Of a stretch of DNA of 20,000 nucleotides, positions 1 to 9,657 are shown in pieces. A program made the position numbers and the translations under genes. Every line of letters starts with the position of its first letter. Position 1 is the stretch's first letter. The stretch lies in the sequence record SRR2962707_1122, one strand, 5' to 3'. The notes under the pieces are model-generated. The model did not search any database, was not told the origin of the DNA, and saw nothing but the letters and a program-made list of their open reading frames with translations.

Positions 1-270
1 CGGTGGCTCAAGGCTGATTTCGCCATCGTCAAGGGCGAGCTGGGGGATAGCCACGGCAACCTGACTTATCGTTTGGCAGGACGAAACTTCAATCCGTTGA
101 TGTGCATGGCCGCAGAAAAGACAATTGCCCAAGTAAGCCGCGTGGTGACGCCTGGTGAGATCGATCCAGAGCAGGTGATCACTCCGGGATTGTTTGTGGA
201 CGCTGTTGTCGAAGTGTCAGAACCACAACAAGAAGAGGCGCTAAACCGCGCCAGGATGGACTACACATGA
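1..270 (+). CDS. pcaI: 3-oxoadipate CoA-transferase subunit A, 5'-truncated by the window edge
   Basis: Frame 1 is open from base 1 (RWLKADFAIVKGELGDSHGNLTYRLAGRNFNPLMCMAA...IDPEQVITPGLFVD), the typical C-terminus of a CoA-transferase alpha subunit. The stop overlaps the next start (ATGA). Confidence 0.88.
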   Translation, partial: RWLKADFAIVKGELGDSHGNLTYRLAGRNFNPLMCMAAEKTIAQVSRVVTPGEIDPEQVITPGLFVDAVVEVSEPQQEEALNRARMDYT

Positions 271-944
271 GCTGGACAAAACTAAGCAACGCTCAGATCG
301 CGTGGCGCGCAGCGCAGGATCTTGAGGATGGCGCCTATGTTAACCTTGGTATCGGGTTCCCGGAAATGATTGCCAAGTTTCAGCCCAAAGGGCGTCATAT
401 CACCTATCACACCGAAAATGGTCTTTTGGGCTTTGGCAAAGCCCCTGAAGAAGGGGAAGAAGACTGGGATTTGATCAATGCCGGTAAAAAGGCGGTAACG
501 CTTAAACCCGGCGCTTCGATCTTTCACCATGCCGACAGCTTTGCAATGGTGCGTGGCGGACATCTCGATCTTGCGGTCCTTGGCGCCTACCAAGTGGCCG
601 AAAATGGCGATCTGGCCAACTGGAGCGTGGGTAAGAAAGGCGTGCCTGCTGTAGGCGGTGCCATGGACCTTGTACACGGGGCAATGCGCGTTGCCGTGAT
701 CACCGATCACGTGACCAAAAATGGAAAGCCAAAACTTGTGGAGCGCTGCACCATGCCTCTTACCGGGGTTGGTTGCATTACACGCGTCTATACCTCAATG
801 GCCTTGATCGATATCGAAGACGGACGATTTATCCTACGTGAGAAACTGGCAAGTTTGTCGTTAGATGAATTACAGTCCATGACAGGCGCGCGCTTGCACG
901 TGACGGGCGAAATTGCCGACTTAAAAGTACCGGAGTTGACTTAA
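267..944 (+). CDS. pcaJ: 3-oxoadipate CoA-transferase subunit B
   Basis: YVNLGIG, HTENG (catalytic Glu), DLINAGK, SFAMVRGGHLD, GGAMDL motifs. Lies between the alpha subunit and a PcaF-type thiolase. Confidence 0.9.
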   Translation: MSWTKLSNAQIAWRAAQDLEDGAYVNLGIGFPEMIAKFQPKGRHITYHTENGLLGFGKAPEEGEEDWDLINAGKKAVTLKPGASIFHHADSFAMVRGGHLDLAVLGAYQVAENGDLANWSVGKKGVPAVGGAMDLVHGAMRVAVITDHVTKNGKPKLVERCTMPLTGVGCITRVYTSMALIDIEDGRFILREKLASLSLDELQSMTGARLHVTGEIADLKVPELT

Positions 945-2143
945 TGACTGACGTATATATTTGCGACTATATCCGAACCCCGATTGGACGCTTTGGAGGC
1001 GGGCTTGCCGCTGTTCGCGCCGATGATCTGGGTGCTGTACCGCTGCGGGCATTGGCTGAGCGCAATCCCGATTTGGACCTGACTGCCATTGATGAAGTGA
1101 TCTTTGGATGTGCCAACCAAGCAGGCGAAGACAATCGCAACGTTGCACGCATGTCCCTGCTGTTGGCGGGCTATCCGGACAGTATTCCGGCAACCACCAT
1201 GAACCGTCTATGTGGGTCAGGTATGGATGCAGTCATCACCGCCGCGCGTGCGATTAAAGCGGGTGAAGCCGATTTGATGGTTGCCGGTGGTGTCGAAAGC
1301 ATGAGCCGCGCTCCGTTTGTCATGCCAAAGGCAACAGCTGCTTTCTCCCGTGCGAACGAAGTCCATGACACGACCATAGGCTGGCGGTTCGTGAACCCGG
1401 TGATGGAAGCGCAATATGGTGTCGATTCAATGCCTGAAACGGCGGAAAACGTTGCCGAAGACTTTAACATCAGCCGAGCGGATCAGGACGCTTTTGCGTT
1501 GCGGAGCCAAGGGAAAGCTGGCGCCGCTATAGCAAACGGACGGTTGGCGCGTGAAATCACACCTGTGACCATTCCTCAGCGTCGGGGTGATCCAAAAGTC
1601 ATTGACACGGACGAACACGCGCGTCCCCAAACCACAGCCGAAGACCTAGCCCGGCTTAAGACGTTTGTGAAAGCTGACGGCTCCGTTACGGCTGGGAATG
1701 CCTCTGGTGTCAACGACGGCGCGGCGGCCTTGATTTTGGCCTCGGCCGACGCCGTCAAAGCTCATGGCTTGACGCCAATCGCTCGGGTCTTGGGCGGCGC
1801 GACTGCCGGGGTTCCACCACGCATCATGGGGTTCGGCCCGGCACCTGCGTCTAAGAAACTTATGGCGCGTTTGGGGCTGAGCGTAGAGGATTTTGCAGTT
1901 ATCGAACTGAATGAAGCTTTCGCGTCACAAGGGCTGGCGACATTGCGGGATCTTGGCATTGCAGACGACGATCCTCGGGTGAACCCGAACGGCGGCGCAA
2001 TTGCGTTGGGGCATCCTTTGGGCATGTCTGGGGCTCGGATTACCGGTTCAGCAGCGCTGGATCTGAAGCCGGGTGAAAAAGCCTTGGCAACAATGTGCAT
2101 TGGTGTTGGCCAAGGCATCGCCATCGCGCTTGAAGCTGTCTGA
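944..2143 (+). CDS. pcaF: 3-oxoadipyl-CoA thiolase
   Basis: GCANQAGEDNRNVARM, NRLCGSG (active Cys), NEAFASQ, GGAIALGHPLG, MCIGVGQG. TAATG stop/start coupling to pcaJ. Confidence 0.92.
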   Translation: MTDVYICDYIRTPIGRFGGGLAAVRADDLGAVPLRALAERNPDLDLTAIDEVIFGCANQAGEDNRNVARMSLLLAGYPDSIPATTMNRLCGSGMDAVITAARAIKAGEADLMVAGGVESMSRAPFVMPKATAAFSRANEVHDTTIGWRFVNPVMEAQYGVDSMPETAENVAEDFNISRADQDAFALRSQGKAGAAIANGRLAREITPVTIPQRRGDPKVIDTDEHARPQTTAEDLARLKTFVKADGSVTAGNASGVNDGAAALILASADAVKAHGLTPIARVLGGATAGVPPRIMGFGPAPASKKLMARLGLSVEDFAVIELNEAFASQGLATLRDLGIADDDPRVNPNGGAIALGHPLGMSGARITGSAALDLKPGEKALATMCIGVGQGIAIALEAV

Positions 2144-2158
2144 TCGACCGCTACTTTG

Positions 2159-2183
2159 GTGGCGGGGATTTTGTTCCCGCCAC
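2159..2183. terminator. Hairpin between convergent pcaF and lacI, probable terminator
   Basis: GTGGCGGGGA-ttttg-TTCCCGCCAC, a 10-bp stem with one G-U, 15 nt after the pcaF stop. No strong U-tract. Confidence 0.6.
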
Positions 2184-2257
2184 TCATGCATGGGACCGTA
2201 TGGACAAGGTGAATGCCAAGTCTGTGCCGTGCCCCCTGATTTGGTCTTGAAAGAGAT

Positions 2258-3289
2258 CTATTGGCTGGGGGGAGGCGCTGTGCTGTCTCTGACAACCAGT
2301 TCAACGTCAATCAATTGAATTTCATCCTGCTGTAGCGCCTTTTCAGAGCCAAGGCGCGCTAATAACTGCTCTGCAGCCCGGCGGCCAAGGCCAAGTCGAT
2401 CCTGCCGGATCGTTGTGAGCGCTGGGATGTAGCACTCGGTCAGTTCAATATCATCAAAGCCGACAACAGAAATGTCCTCTGGTACACGTATTCCGTTGGC
2501 ATTCAGGACCGAAATTAGGCCAAAGGCCACCTGATCCGAGGCGCAGAAGACCGCGGTAGGGCGGTCCTTCATCGCCAGAATTTTCAGAGCGGCCTCTTTA
2601 CCGGATTGCAGTGAAAAGTCCCCGCGGATGATCCAGTCTTCGTTCATCGTCAGCCCCAACCGCGCACGTTCTTCTAACATACCTGTGCGACGGGCATGGG
2701 TCAGAACGTTATCGGCAGGGCCTGTGACATGGGCGATCTTGTGGTGACCGAGGTTATGCAAATGTTGTACGACCAGCCGCGCCCCTTTGATATTGTCGCT
2801 ACGGACAGAGGGGAAATCAGCATCATGTACCCATTCGCAGGCAAACACGATGTGATTGGAAACGTTGTCTTGTCCAAGATCTGAGAGTTCCGCGACAGAC
2901 AGCCCTCCGTCGAGTGAAATCATGCCGTCTACACGAGAGTCGAGGAAGTAGTCGACAAGGCGTTTTTCGGTGCTTGGTTGGCGCGCGGTATCCACTATGA
3001 GGACGGAATAATCCGTGTCCGCGAAACGCTCCGAAAGGCCCGCCAGAATTTGCGAGAAAAACGGGTTTCCCAAATTGGGGACAAGGACCAGAACCGCACC
3101 TGCCCGCTGTGTTCTCAGGTTTCGTGCGGCACGATTCGCACGGTATCCAGTGGTGCGAATTGCCTCAAATACGGCGTCACGTGTCTTCTCGGTCAGCAAA
3201 TTTGGATTGCTCAGAGCCCGGCTCACTGTTGCGGTAGATACACCTGCCTCGCGGGCAACGTCCTGAATTCTGGCAGGTTTCTTTGACAT
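2258..3289 (-). CDS. LacI-family transcriptional regulator
   Basis: N-terminal HTH IQDVAREAGVSTATVSRAL, hinge YRANRAARNL, sugar-binding domain with VPEDISVVGFDD and PALTTIRQD. Divergent from the sugar ABC operon. Confidence 0.95.
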   Translation of the reverse strand: MSKKPARIQDVAREAGVSTATVSRALSNPNLLTEKTRDAVFEAIRTTGYRANRAARNLRTQRAGAVLVLVPNLGNPFFSQILAGLSERFADTDYSVLIVDTARQPSTEKRLVDYFLDSRVDGMISLDGGLSVAELSDLGQDNVSNHIVFACEWVHDADFPSVRSDNIKGARLVVQHLHNLGHHKIAHVTGPADNVLTHARRTGMLEERARLGLTMNEDWIIRGDFSLQSGKEAALKILAMKDRPTAVFCASDQVAFGLISVLNANGIRVPEDISVVGFDDIELTECYIPALTTIRQDRLGLGRRAAEQLLARLGSEKALQQDEIQLIDVELVVRDSTAPPPSQ

Positions 3290-3334
3290 AGTGGTCTCGT
3301 TTGTCGAGGGTTTCTGAGCTGATTACATAGCGGG

Positions 3335-3365
3335 TTGACAGAAATGTACTATCGGTAAATAAATT
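3335..3365 (+). promoter_or_regulatory. Candidate sigma70 promoter of the glycoside operon
   Basis: Perfect TTGACA at 3335-3340 followed by an AT-rich block (TAAATAAATT, 3356-3365). The exact -10 is ambiguous. Confidence 0.5.
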
Positions 3366-3366
3366 A

Positions 3367-3380
3367 TGTAATCGTTTTCA
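3367..3380. promoter_or_regulatory. LacI-type operator 1
   Basis: TGTAATCGTTTTCA fits the LacI-family pseudo-palindrome TGWAAnCGnTTWCA with central CG. Confidence 0.7.
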
Positions 3381-3406
3381 AAGAGAATGTTTGACCAAAA
3401 CCGACG

Positions 3407-3422
3407 ATGTAAACGATTTCAT
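3407..3422. promoter_or_regulatory. LacI-type operator 2
   Basis: ATGTAAACGATTTCAT, the same consensus as operator 1, 41 bp downstream. Confidence 0.72.
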
Positions 3423-3487
3423 AGCGGTGTACCGCGAACAGGATGTAAGTGCCGCGTGACGGCATGTTGTCCTTCAGGGAGGAAGAA

Positions 3488-4720
3488 ATGAACACATTCC
3501 GAAAGATATTTATGGTCTCGACGGCGCTTTGCGCAGCGACGGCTGTTTCGGCAACAGAGTTGGAAGTTACGCATTGGTGGACTTCGGGCGGAGAAGCTGC
3601 GGCCGTAGCTGAATTGGCAAAGGCATTTGATGCCACAGGCAACACATGGGTCGACGGCGCGATTGCCGGATCTGGTGGCGTTGCTCGTCCGATCATGATC
3701 AGCCGGATCACCGGCGGTGATCCAATGGCGGCAACACAATTCAACCACGGTCGTCAGGCCGAAGAACTGGTCGAAGCCGGACTAATGCGCGATCTGACTG
3801 ACATCGCAGAAGCAGAAGGTTGGAAAGACATCATTAACCCGCCTTCGCTTTTGGATTCCTGCACGTTGGATGGCCGCGTCTATTGCGCGCCGGTCAACAT
3901 TCACTCGTGGCAGTGGATTTGGCTGAGCCACAAAGCTTATGCGGATGCGGGCGTCCCGGTTCCCACAAATTGGGATGAGTTTGTTGCGGCAGCCCCCGCT
4001 TTGGAAGCGGCAGGTAAAATCCCGATGGCGATTGGCCAGCAGTCTTGGCAGACGTCCGGTGCGTTCAACGTTCTGATGGTCGCTCTTGCCGGCAAAGAAA
4101 CCTATCTGAAGGTCTATGGCGATAAAGACGCTGATGTCGCTGGGGGTCCAGACGTAGCGCGGGTCTTTAAGGCCGCGGATGATGCACGGCGCATGTCAGC
4201 AAAGTCGACGGTTCAGGATTGGAACCAGGCGACAAACCTCGTGATCACAGGTCAGGCCGGTGGTCAGATCATGGGCGATTGGGCTCAGGGCGAATTCCAG
4301 GTGGCCAACCAGGTTGCTGGCGAGGACTATAGCTGCTTACCGGGTCTTGGTGTGAACGAAATCATCTCGACTGGGGGCGATGCATTCTATTTCCCGGTTT
4401 TGGATGACGCGGAAAAAACCGCCGCTCAAGGTGAATTGGCGGCCCTAATGGTGCGCCCGGCAACTCAAGTGGCGTTCAACTTGAAAAAGGGTTCCTTGCC
4501 TGTACGTGGCGACATCGACTTGTCGACCGCCAATGACTGCATGCAAAAAGGTTTGAAAATTCTGGCGGACGGAAACGTCATTCCAGATCCGAACCAATTG
4601 ATGACCGCTGACTCTCTGAACCAGATCAACGATTTATTCGTCGAGTTTTTCAACGATACGAATATTACACCTGAATCCGCGCAAGAGCAGTTCGCTGCAA
4701 TTGTGGGCGACGCAGACTAA
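3488..4720 (+). CDS. Carbohydrate ABC transporter substrate-binding protein (CUT1), similar to the rhizobial cellobiose/salicin-binding protein
   Basis: Start moved to the ATG at 3488 behind AGGGAGGAAG. Signal peptide MNTFRKIFMVSTALCAATAVSA. Mature N-terminus TELEVTHWWTSGGEAAAVAELAKAF, plus MGDWAQGEF and FNLKKGSLPVR. The resemblance to S. meliloti SMc04259 is from recall. Confidence 0.9.
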   Translation: MNTFRKIFMVSTALCAATAVSATELEVTHWWTSGGEAAAVAELAKAFDATGNTWVDGAIAGSGGVARPIMISRITGGDPMAATQFNHGRQAEELVEAGLMRDLTDIAEAEGWKDIINPPSLLDSCTLDGRVYCAPVNIHSWQWIWLSHKAYADAGVPVPTNWDEFVAAAPALEAAGKIPMAIGQQSWQTSGAFNVLMVALAGKETYLKVYGDKDADVAGGPDVARVFKAADDARRMSAKSTVQDWNQATNLVITGQAGGQIMGDWAQGEFQVANQVAGEDYSCLPGLGVNEIISTGGDAFYFPVLDDAEKTAAQGELAALMVRPATQVAFNLKKGSLPVRGDIDLSTANDCMQKGLKILADGNVIPDPNQLMTADSLNQINDLFVEFFNDTNITPESAQEQFAAIVGDAD

Positions 4721-4730
4721 TATCGCGAAA

Positions 4731-4757
4731 CAGTGCCGGGGGTTCCCTCCGGCACTG
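4731..4757 (+). other. Intercistronic stem-loop after the substrate-binding protein gene
   Basis: CAGTGCCGGGGG-ttc-CCTCCGGCACTG, 9 perfect bp extendable to 12 with a G-U pair. Confidence 0.7.
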
Positions 4758-4799
4758 ACTTAACCCTTTTCCTCACACACGTCCTTGGGAGCTCCCGCC

Positions 4800-5693
4800 A
4801 TGTCCAACACCGGCAGGCCGAACCAGCTATTCCGAAACCTAAATGCGAAAATCGCAGCGATCCCGATGGTCGTAACGGCGTTGGTCATCTTCTTAGGATG
4901 CTCTGTCTGGACGATTGTGTATTCCTTCACAAACTCAAAGCTATTGCCGCGCACCAAGTGGGTCGGTTTCGATCAGTACGAGCGCTTGTGGAGCAGTCGC
5001 CGTTGGCTGATCTCGATCGAAAATCTTGCTATTTACGGTATTCTCGCACTGATTTTGTCGTTGTTCATTGGGTTTATGTTAGCCGCGTTGCTGGATCAAA
5101 AAATCCGCTTCGAAAACACATTTCGCACCATCCTTCTGTATCCTTTTGCCCTGTCCTTCATTGTGACGGGACTGGTGTGGCAGTGGATTTTGAACCCTGA
5201 GTTTGGCGTACAAAGCATTGTACGCAGCTTTGGTTGGGAGACATTTACTTTTGACCCGCTGTATAATTCAGACATCGTCATCTACGGCATCTTGATTGCG
5301 GGGCTTTGGCAGGGCACAGGTCTGGTCATGTGTCTCATGCTTGCGGGCCTGCGAGGGATTGACGAAGACGTTTGGAAAGCCGCCCGCGTTGACGGTATTC
5401 CCATGTGGAAGACCTATATTTTTATCGTCATTCCTATGATGCGCCCGGTATTTATCACAACATTGGTGATTATCACGTCCGGCATCATCAAGCTCTATGA
5501 CCTAGTCGTTGCTCAAACGGGCGGTGGACCGGGATTGTCGTCCCAAGTGCCTGCGATGTATGTTTACGACACCATGTTTTCGAGCCAGAATCTGGGGCAG
5601 GGCTTTGCGGCCTCAACCATGATGCTCGTCGCTGTGATCGTCATCATTATTCCCTGGGCCTATCTTGAATTCGGGGGAAAGAAGAATGGTTGA
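4800..5693 (+). CDS. Carbohydrate ABC transporter permease 1
   Basis: Multiple hydrophobic segments and an EAA-like loop GIDEDVWKAARVDG. ATG at 4800 follows GGGAG. Confidence 0.92.
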   Translation: MSNTGRPNQLFRNLNAKIAAIPMVVTALVIFLGCSVWTIVYSFTNSKLLPRTKWVGFDQYERLWSSRRWLISIENLAIYGILALILSLFIGFMLAALLDQKIRFENTFRTILLYPFALSFIVTGLVWQWILNPEFGVQSIVRSFGWETFTFDPLYNSDIVIYGILIAGLWQGTGLVMCLMLAGLRGIDEDVWKAARVDGIPMWKTYIFIVIPMMRPVFITTLVIITSGIIKLYDLVVAQTGGGPGLSSQVPAMYVYDTMFSSQNLGQGFAASTMMLVAVIVIIIPWAYLEFGGKKNG

Positions 5694-6606
5694 TATCGCA
5701 CCAGTATCCGCGACGACGTCAGACATGGCGGGACCGCGCGGACCTAAGCCACGCAAAAAGTTCTCACGTCGCAATATCATCATCTACGGCACACTTTTCG
5801 TTGTCTCGGTCTATTATTTGTTGCCCCTGTACGTGATGATCGTCACCTCTTTAAAGGGCATGCCCGAGATCCGATTGGGCAACATTTTCTCGCCGCCTGT
5901 CGACATCACGTTTGAACCTTGGGTCAAAGCATGGTCCGAAGCCTGCACAGGATTGAATTGCGAGGGGCTTAGTCGAGGGTTCTGGAACTCTGTTCAGATT
6001 ATGGTGCCTTCGGTCATTCTTTCGATCGCGATTGCCTCTGTGAATGGGTACGCGCTTGCCAACTGGAAGTTCAAAGGCGCGGACCTTTTCTTCACAATCT
6101 TGATCATTGGCGCGTTCATTCCTTATCAGGTCATGATCTATCCAATCGTGATCATTCTGCGGGAAATTGGTCTCTATGGCGATCTCGCGGGCCTTGTCCT
6201 GGTCCATTCAGTCTTTGGTATGCCCATTCTGACTTTGTTGTTCAGAAACTACTTCACCAGTGTACCAGAAGAGTTGTTCAAGGCCGCCCGTGTCGACGGT
6301 GCCGGGTTTTGGGGTATCTATTTCCAGATTATGCTGCCGATGTCGCTTCCGATTTTTGTGGTCGCCATGATCTTGCAAGTTACTGGTATCTGGAACGATT
6401 TCCTGTTCGGCGTGATCTACACGCGACCAGACGCTTACCCGATGACTGTTCAGCTCAACAACATCGTAAACTCTGTTCAGGGTGTCAAAGAATACAACGT
6501 CAATATGGCTGCAACGCTCATTACCGGGCTTGTGCCACTCTTTATCTACTTCGTTTCGGGAAAGCTTTTTGTGCGTGGCATTGCCGCTGGCGCGGTAAAG
6601 GGCTGA
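5686..6606 (+). CDS. Carbohydrate ABC transporter permease 2
   Basis: EAA-like loop VPEELFKAARVDGAG, WNDFLFG, C-terminal FVRGIAAGAVKG. ATG at 5686 overlaps the permease 1 stop region. Confidence 0.92.
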   Translation: MVDIAPVSATTSDMAGPRGPKPRKKFSRRNIIIYGTLFVVSVYYLLPLYVMIVTSLKGMPEIRLGNIFSPPVDITFEPWVKAWSEACTGLNCEGLSRGFWNSVQIMVPSVILSIAIASVNGYALANWKFKGADLFFTILIIGAFIPYQVMIYPIVIILREIGLYGDLAGLVLVHSVFGMPILTLLFRNYFTSVPEELFKAARVDGAGFWGIYFQIMLPMSLPIFVVAMILQVTGIWNDFLFGVIYTRPDAYPMTVQLNNIVNSVQGVKEYNVNMAATLITGLVPLFIYFVSGKLFVRGIAAGAVKG

Positions 6607-6616
6607 GGGGAAAACC

Positions 6617-7702
6617 ATGGAAAGCAGTATCTCAATTCGGGATCTTTCACTGAGCTTTGGCGCCGTGAAAGTATTGAAAAACCTCAATCTCGAAATCGGT
6701 CAGGGAGAGTTTCTTGTTCTTCTCGGGTCGTCCGGGTGCGGTAAGTCAACTTTGTTGAATTGCATCGCCGGGCTTCTGGACGTCACCGATGGGCAGATCC
6801 ACATTCAGGGCAAGAACGTAACCTGGGAAGAGCCGTCGCAACGCGGCATCGGCATGGTGTTTCAAAGCTATGCGCTTTACCCGCAAATGACGGTTCAGGG
6901 GAACATGTCCTTTGGATTGAAGAACGCGGGCATGAGCAAGGATGAGATCAAAACACGGATTGATCGCGCCGCAGAAATTCTTCAGATCGAACCACTCCTG
7001 AAGCGCAAACCCGCGGCACTGTCTGGTGGCCAACGCCAGCGTGTTGCAATTGGCCGTGCCTTGGTGCGGGATGTGGATGTCTTTCTGTTTGATGAACCAT
7101 TGTCGAACCTGGATGCCAAGCTGCGTGCGGATCTGCGTGTCGAAATCAAACGGTTGCACCAGCGTTTGAAGAACACGATGATTTACGTCACTCACGATCA
7201 GGTCGAAGCGATGACATTGGCCGATCGGATTGCGATTATGCGCGGCGGTCTGGTGATGCAGTTGGACACGCCGACGGCCATCTATAACCGCCCTGCCAAT
7301 AAGTATGTCGCTGATTTCATTGGCTCTCCTGCAATGAACTTTTTCGAAGGCGTTTTGGATGTCAGCAGCGCATCAAAGCTGAATGCTGGTAGCGTTGAAT
7401 TCGACGTATCCAACTATGATTTCGACGAGGCGCCAAAAGGCGGCCCAGTTTGGTTTGGTATTCGACCCGAGCACATCATGACCGGGGAACTGTTGGGGAA
7501 TATGCCTGTGCAATATGACGCAACGGTCGAATTGGTCGAACCCATGGGGTCTGACACGCTGGTTTGGTCCACAGTAAATGGCAAACAAATCCGTTTTCGT
7601 ATGGATGGCCAATCTACCGCGAAACCGGGTGAGATTATCCGTATCGGATTCGATCCGGCACGCGCTTCAATTTTTGACAAAGAAACCGAACTGCGGATGT
7701 GA
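6617..7702 (+). CDS. Sugar ABC transporter ATP-binding protein (MalK/MsmX type)
   Basis: Walker A GSSGCGKST, signature LSGGQRQR, Walker B FLFDEPLSNLD, YVTHDQVEAM, C-terminal TOBE-like region. Confidence 0.95.
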   Translation: MESSISIRDLSLSFGAVKVLKNLNLEIGQGEFLVLLGSSGCGKSTLLNCIAGLLDVTDGQIHIQGKNVTWEEPSQRGIGMVFQSYALYPQMTVQGNMSFGLKNAGMSKDEIKTRIDRAAEILQIEPLLKRKPAALSGGQRQRVAIGRALVRDVDVFLFDEPLSNLDAKLRADLRVEIKRLHQRLKNTMIYVTHDQVEAMTLADRIAIMRGGLVMQLDTPTAIYNRPANKYVADFIGSPAMNFFEGVLDVSSASKLNAGSVEFDVSNYDFDEAPKGGPVWFGIRPEHIMTGELLGNMPVQYDATVELVEPMGSDTLVWSTVNGKQIRFRMDGQSTAKPGEIIRIGFDPARASIFDKETELRM

Positions 7703-7726
7703 TCCGCAATAAACAGGAATCCAAGA

Positions 7727-8476
7727 ATGAACGTATCATTCCAACTCTATAGCGCCCGTGACTTCACACCTTGGGCGGATGTCATCGCTGAATTGGCCAA
7801 GCTGGGCTATACACAAGTTGAAGGCTTTGGTGGGGTTTATGAAGATCCAGCCGCATTCCGCGCTTTACTGGATGAGCATGGTATGACCATGCCTTCAGGG
7901 CATTTTTTCCCGATTGGCAGCTTTGAAGACGGGTTCGTTGAATCGATTGCCGCGGCCAAAACGCTGGGAATGGAAAAGCTCTACTGCCCGGCGCCCGAAG
8001 ATGACTTGCGCAATGGCGGGGACGCTGCGGCCTGGATTTCCATGGCCGAACGGCTTGAAACAGCGGCCAAGCGTGTTCAGGATGCCGGTTTCAAATTTGG
8101 CTGGCATAACCATCATTGGGAATTCATGCCCTTGCCCGGCGGAGAAATCGCCATGGATCTGCTTCTGGAACATGCGCCCTCGATGGATTGGGAAGCCGAC
8201 ATTGCCTGGATCGTGCGCGGGGGGGCGAATCCGTTGACTTGGATCGAGCGTTACAAGGACCGGATCACCGCCGCACATGTCAAAGACATCGCGCCCGAGG
8301 GCGAATGTGAAGACGAAGACGGTTGGGCGGATGTTGGTCACGGCACCATGGATTGGCCTGCCATTATGGCAGCGTTACGAAGTGGCAACGTCGATCTATT
8401 TGTGATGGAGCACGACAAACCCAGCGATGCGTCCCGGTTTGCAAAGCGTTCCATTGAATCCTTCAAGGCATATTGA
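7727..8476 (+). CDS. Xylose-isomerase-like TIM-barrel protein (sugar phosphate isomerase/epimerase family), candidate keto-glycoside eliminase or hydratase
   Basis: QLYSAR start, WHNHHWEF, WEADIAW, AHVKD, GHGTMDW and VMEHD metal-site pattern. Confidence 0.85.
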   Translation: MNVSFQLYSARDFTPWADVIAELAKLGYTQVEGFGGVYEDPAAFRALLDEHGMTMPSGHFFPIGSFEDGFVESIAAAKTLGMEKLYCPAPEDDLRNGGDAAAWISMAERLETAAKRVQDAGFKFGWHNHHWEFMPLPGGEIAMDLLLEHAPSMDWEADIAWIVRGGANPLTWIERYKDRITAAHVKDIAPEGECEDEDGWADVGHGTMDWPAIMAALRSGNVDLFVMEHDKPSDASRFAKRSIESFKAY

Positions 8477-8484
8477 GGTCTGAC

Positions 8485-9606
8485 ATGAGCAAAACTCTTG
8501 GTATTGGCGTTATTGGTTGTGGGAATATTTCCGCCGCTTACATGCGTCTTTCTCCGTTGTTCAATGGTATTGAAATGCGCGCTTGCGCAGATATGAATGC
8601 CGACGCTGCAAAGGCGCGGGCCGAGGAATTTGGCCTGCGCGCTGAAACGGTCGAAGGTCTTTTGGCGGCGGATGACATTGATATTGTTGTGAATCTGACC
8701 ATCCCGGCGGCCCATTTCGAAGTGTCCAAGCAGGTGTTGGAGGCTGGCAAACACGTCTATTCGGAAAAACCATTTGTGTTGTCGGTGGAAGAGGGCCGTG
8801 AACTGGCCAAAATCGCGGCGGCCAACGGCCTGCGGGTTGGGTCCGCGCCAGACACGTTCATGGGCGGGGCGCATCAATTGGCGCGTCATTTGGTCGATAG
8901 CGATGCGGTTGGTAAAATCACCTCGGGTACGTGCTTTGTACAAAGCCCGGGAATGGAGATGTGGCACCCAAACCCTGATTTCTTCTTTCAGCCAGGGGGC
9001 GGCCCGATCCTCGATCTGGGACCGTACTACATTTCCAATCTGGTTCAGTTGTTGGGACCGGTCAAACGAGTCTGCGCCATGAGCTCGTCCGGGTCAGAAT
9101 ATCGGACGATCACTTCAGCGCCGCGCAAGGGTGAAAAGATCAAGGTCGAGACTCCGACAACGATCCATGCGGTCATGCAATTTGAGTCTGGGGCGCAAAT
9201 CACCTACTGCGCCAGCTGGGATGTGTGGGAACACGGTCATTCCAATATGGAACTCTATGGTCAAAACGGCACGTTGCATGTGCCAGATCCCAACTTCTTT
9301 GGCGGTGAAGTGCGCATGACCGATAAGGCGGCGTTCGTAAACGGGGGGCCATCCTGGCCGCATCCCTTTAGCGTCGCCAATGACAATGGGCGGGCAAACT
9401 ACCGCACGGCCGGTCTGGCTGACATGGGGATTGCGATCCTTGAAGGACGTCAACACCGGTGTTCCTTGGAATTCTCGCTTCACGTTGTCGAGGTTATGAC
9501 AGCGATCCTGCAATCGGGCGAAGAAAGCCGTTTCATCGAGATGACCACCACATGCGAGCAACCGGCTGCGTTGGGGATCGACGAAGCGCAGGCGTTACTT
9601 GCCTGA
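8485..9606 (+). CDS. Gfo/Idh/MocA family NAD(P)-dependent oxidoreductase
   Basis: Rossmann GVIGCGNIS, HVYSEKP, GGGPILDLGPYY. ATG at 8485 follows GAGG. Confidence 0.9.
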   Translation: MSKTLGIGVIGCGNISAAYMRLSPLFNGIEMRACADMNADAAKARAEEFGLRAETVEGLLAADDIDIVVNLTIPAAHFEVSKQVLEAGKHVYSEKPFVLSVEEGRELAKIAAANGLRVGSAPDTFMGGAHQLARHLVDSDAVGKITSGTCFVQSPGMEMWHPNPDFFFQPGGGPILDLGPYYISNLVQLLGPVKRVCAMSSSGSEYRTITSAPRKGEKIKVETPTTIHAVMQFESGAQITYCASWDVWEHGHSNMELYGQNGTLHVPDPNFFGGEVRMTDKAAFVNGGPSWPHPFSVANDNGRANYRTAGLADMGIAILEGRQHRCSLEFSLHVVEVMTAILQSGEESRFIEMTTTCEQPAALGIDEAQALLA

Positions 9607-9618
9607 CAACACCAAAAC

Positions 9619-9657
9619 TTGCCAAGGGCCGCTGGGACGCAAAGGGGCCTTTGGCAA
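9619..9657 (+). other. Intercistronic stem-loop upstream of the GH43 gene
   Basis: TTGCCAAGGGCC (9619-9630) pairs with GGCCTTTGGCAA (9646-9657), 12 bp with one G-U and a 15-nt loop. Confidence 0.6.

Noticed and set aside
3449-3487. Longer upstream starts listed for the binding protein (and likewise for both permeases, the first Gfo, fahA and hmgA)
   Set aside because: Downstream ATGs have better Shine-Dalgarno sequences and give family-typical N-termini.
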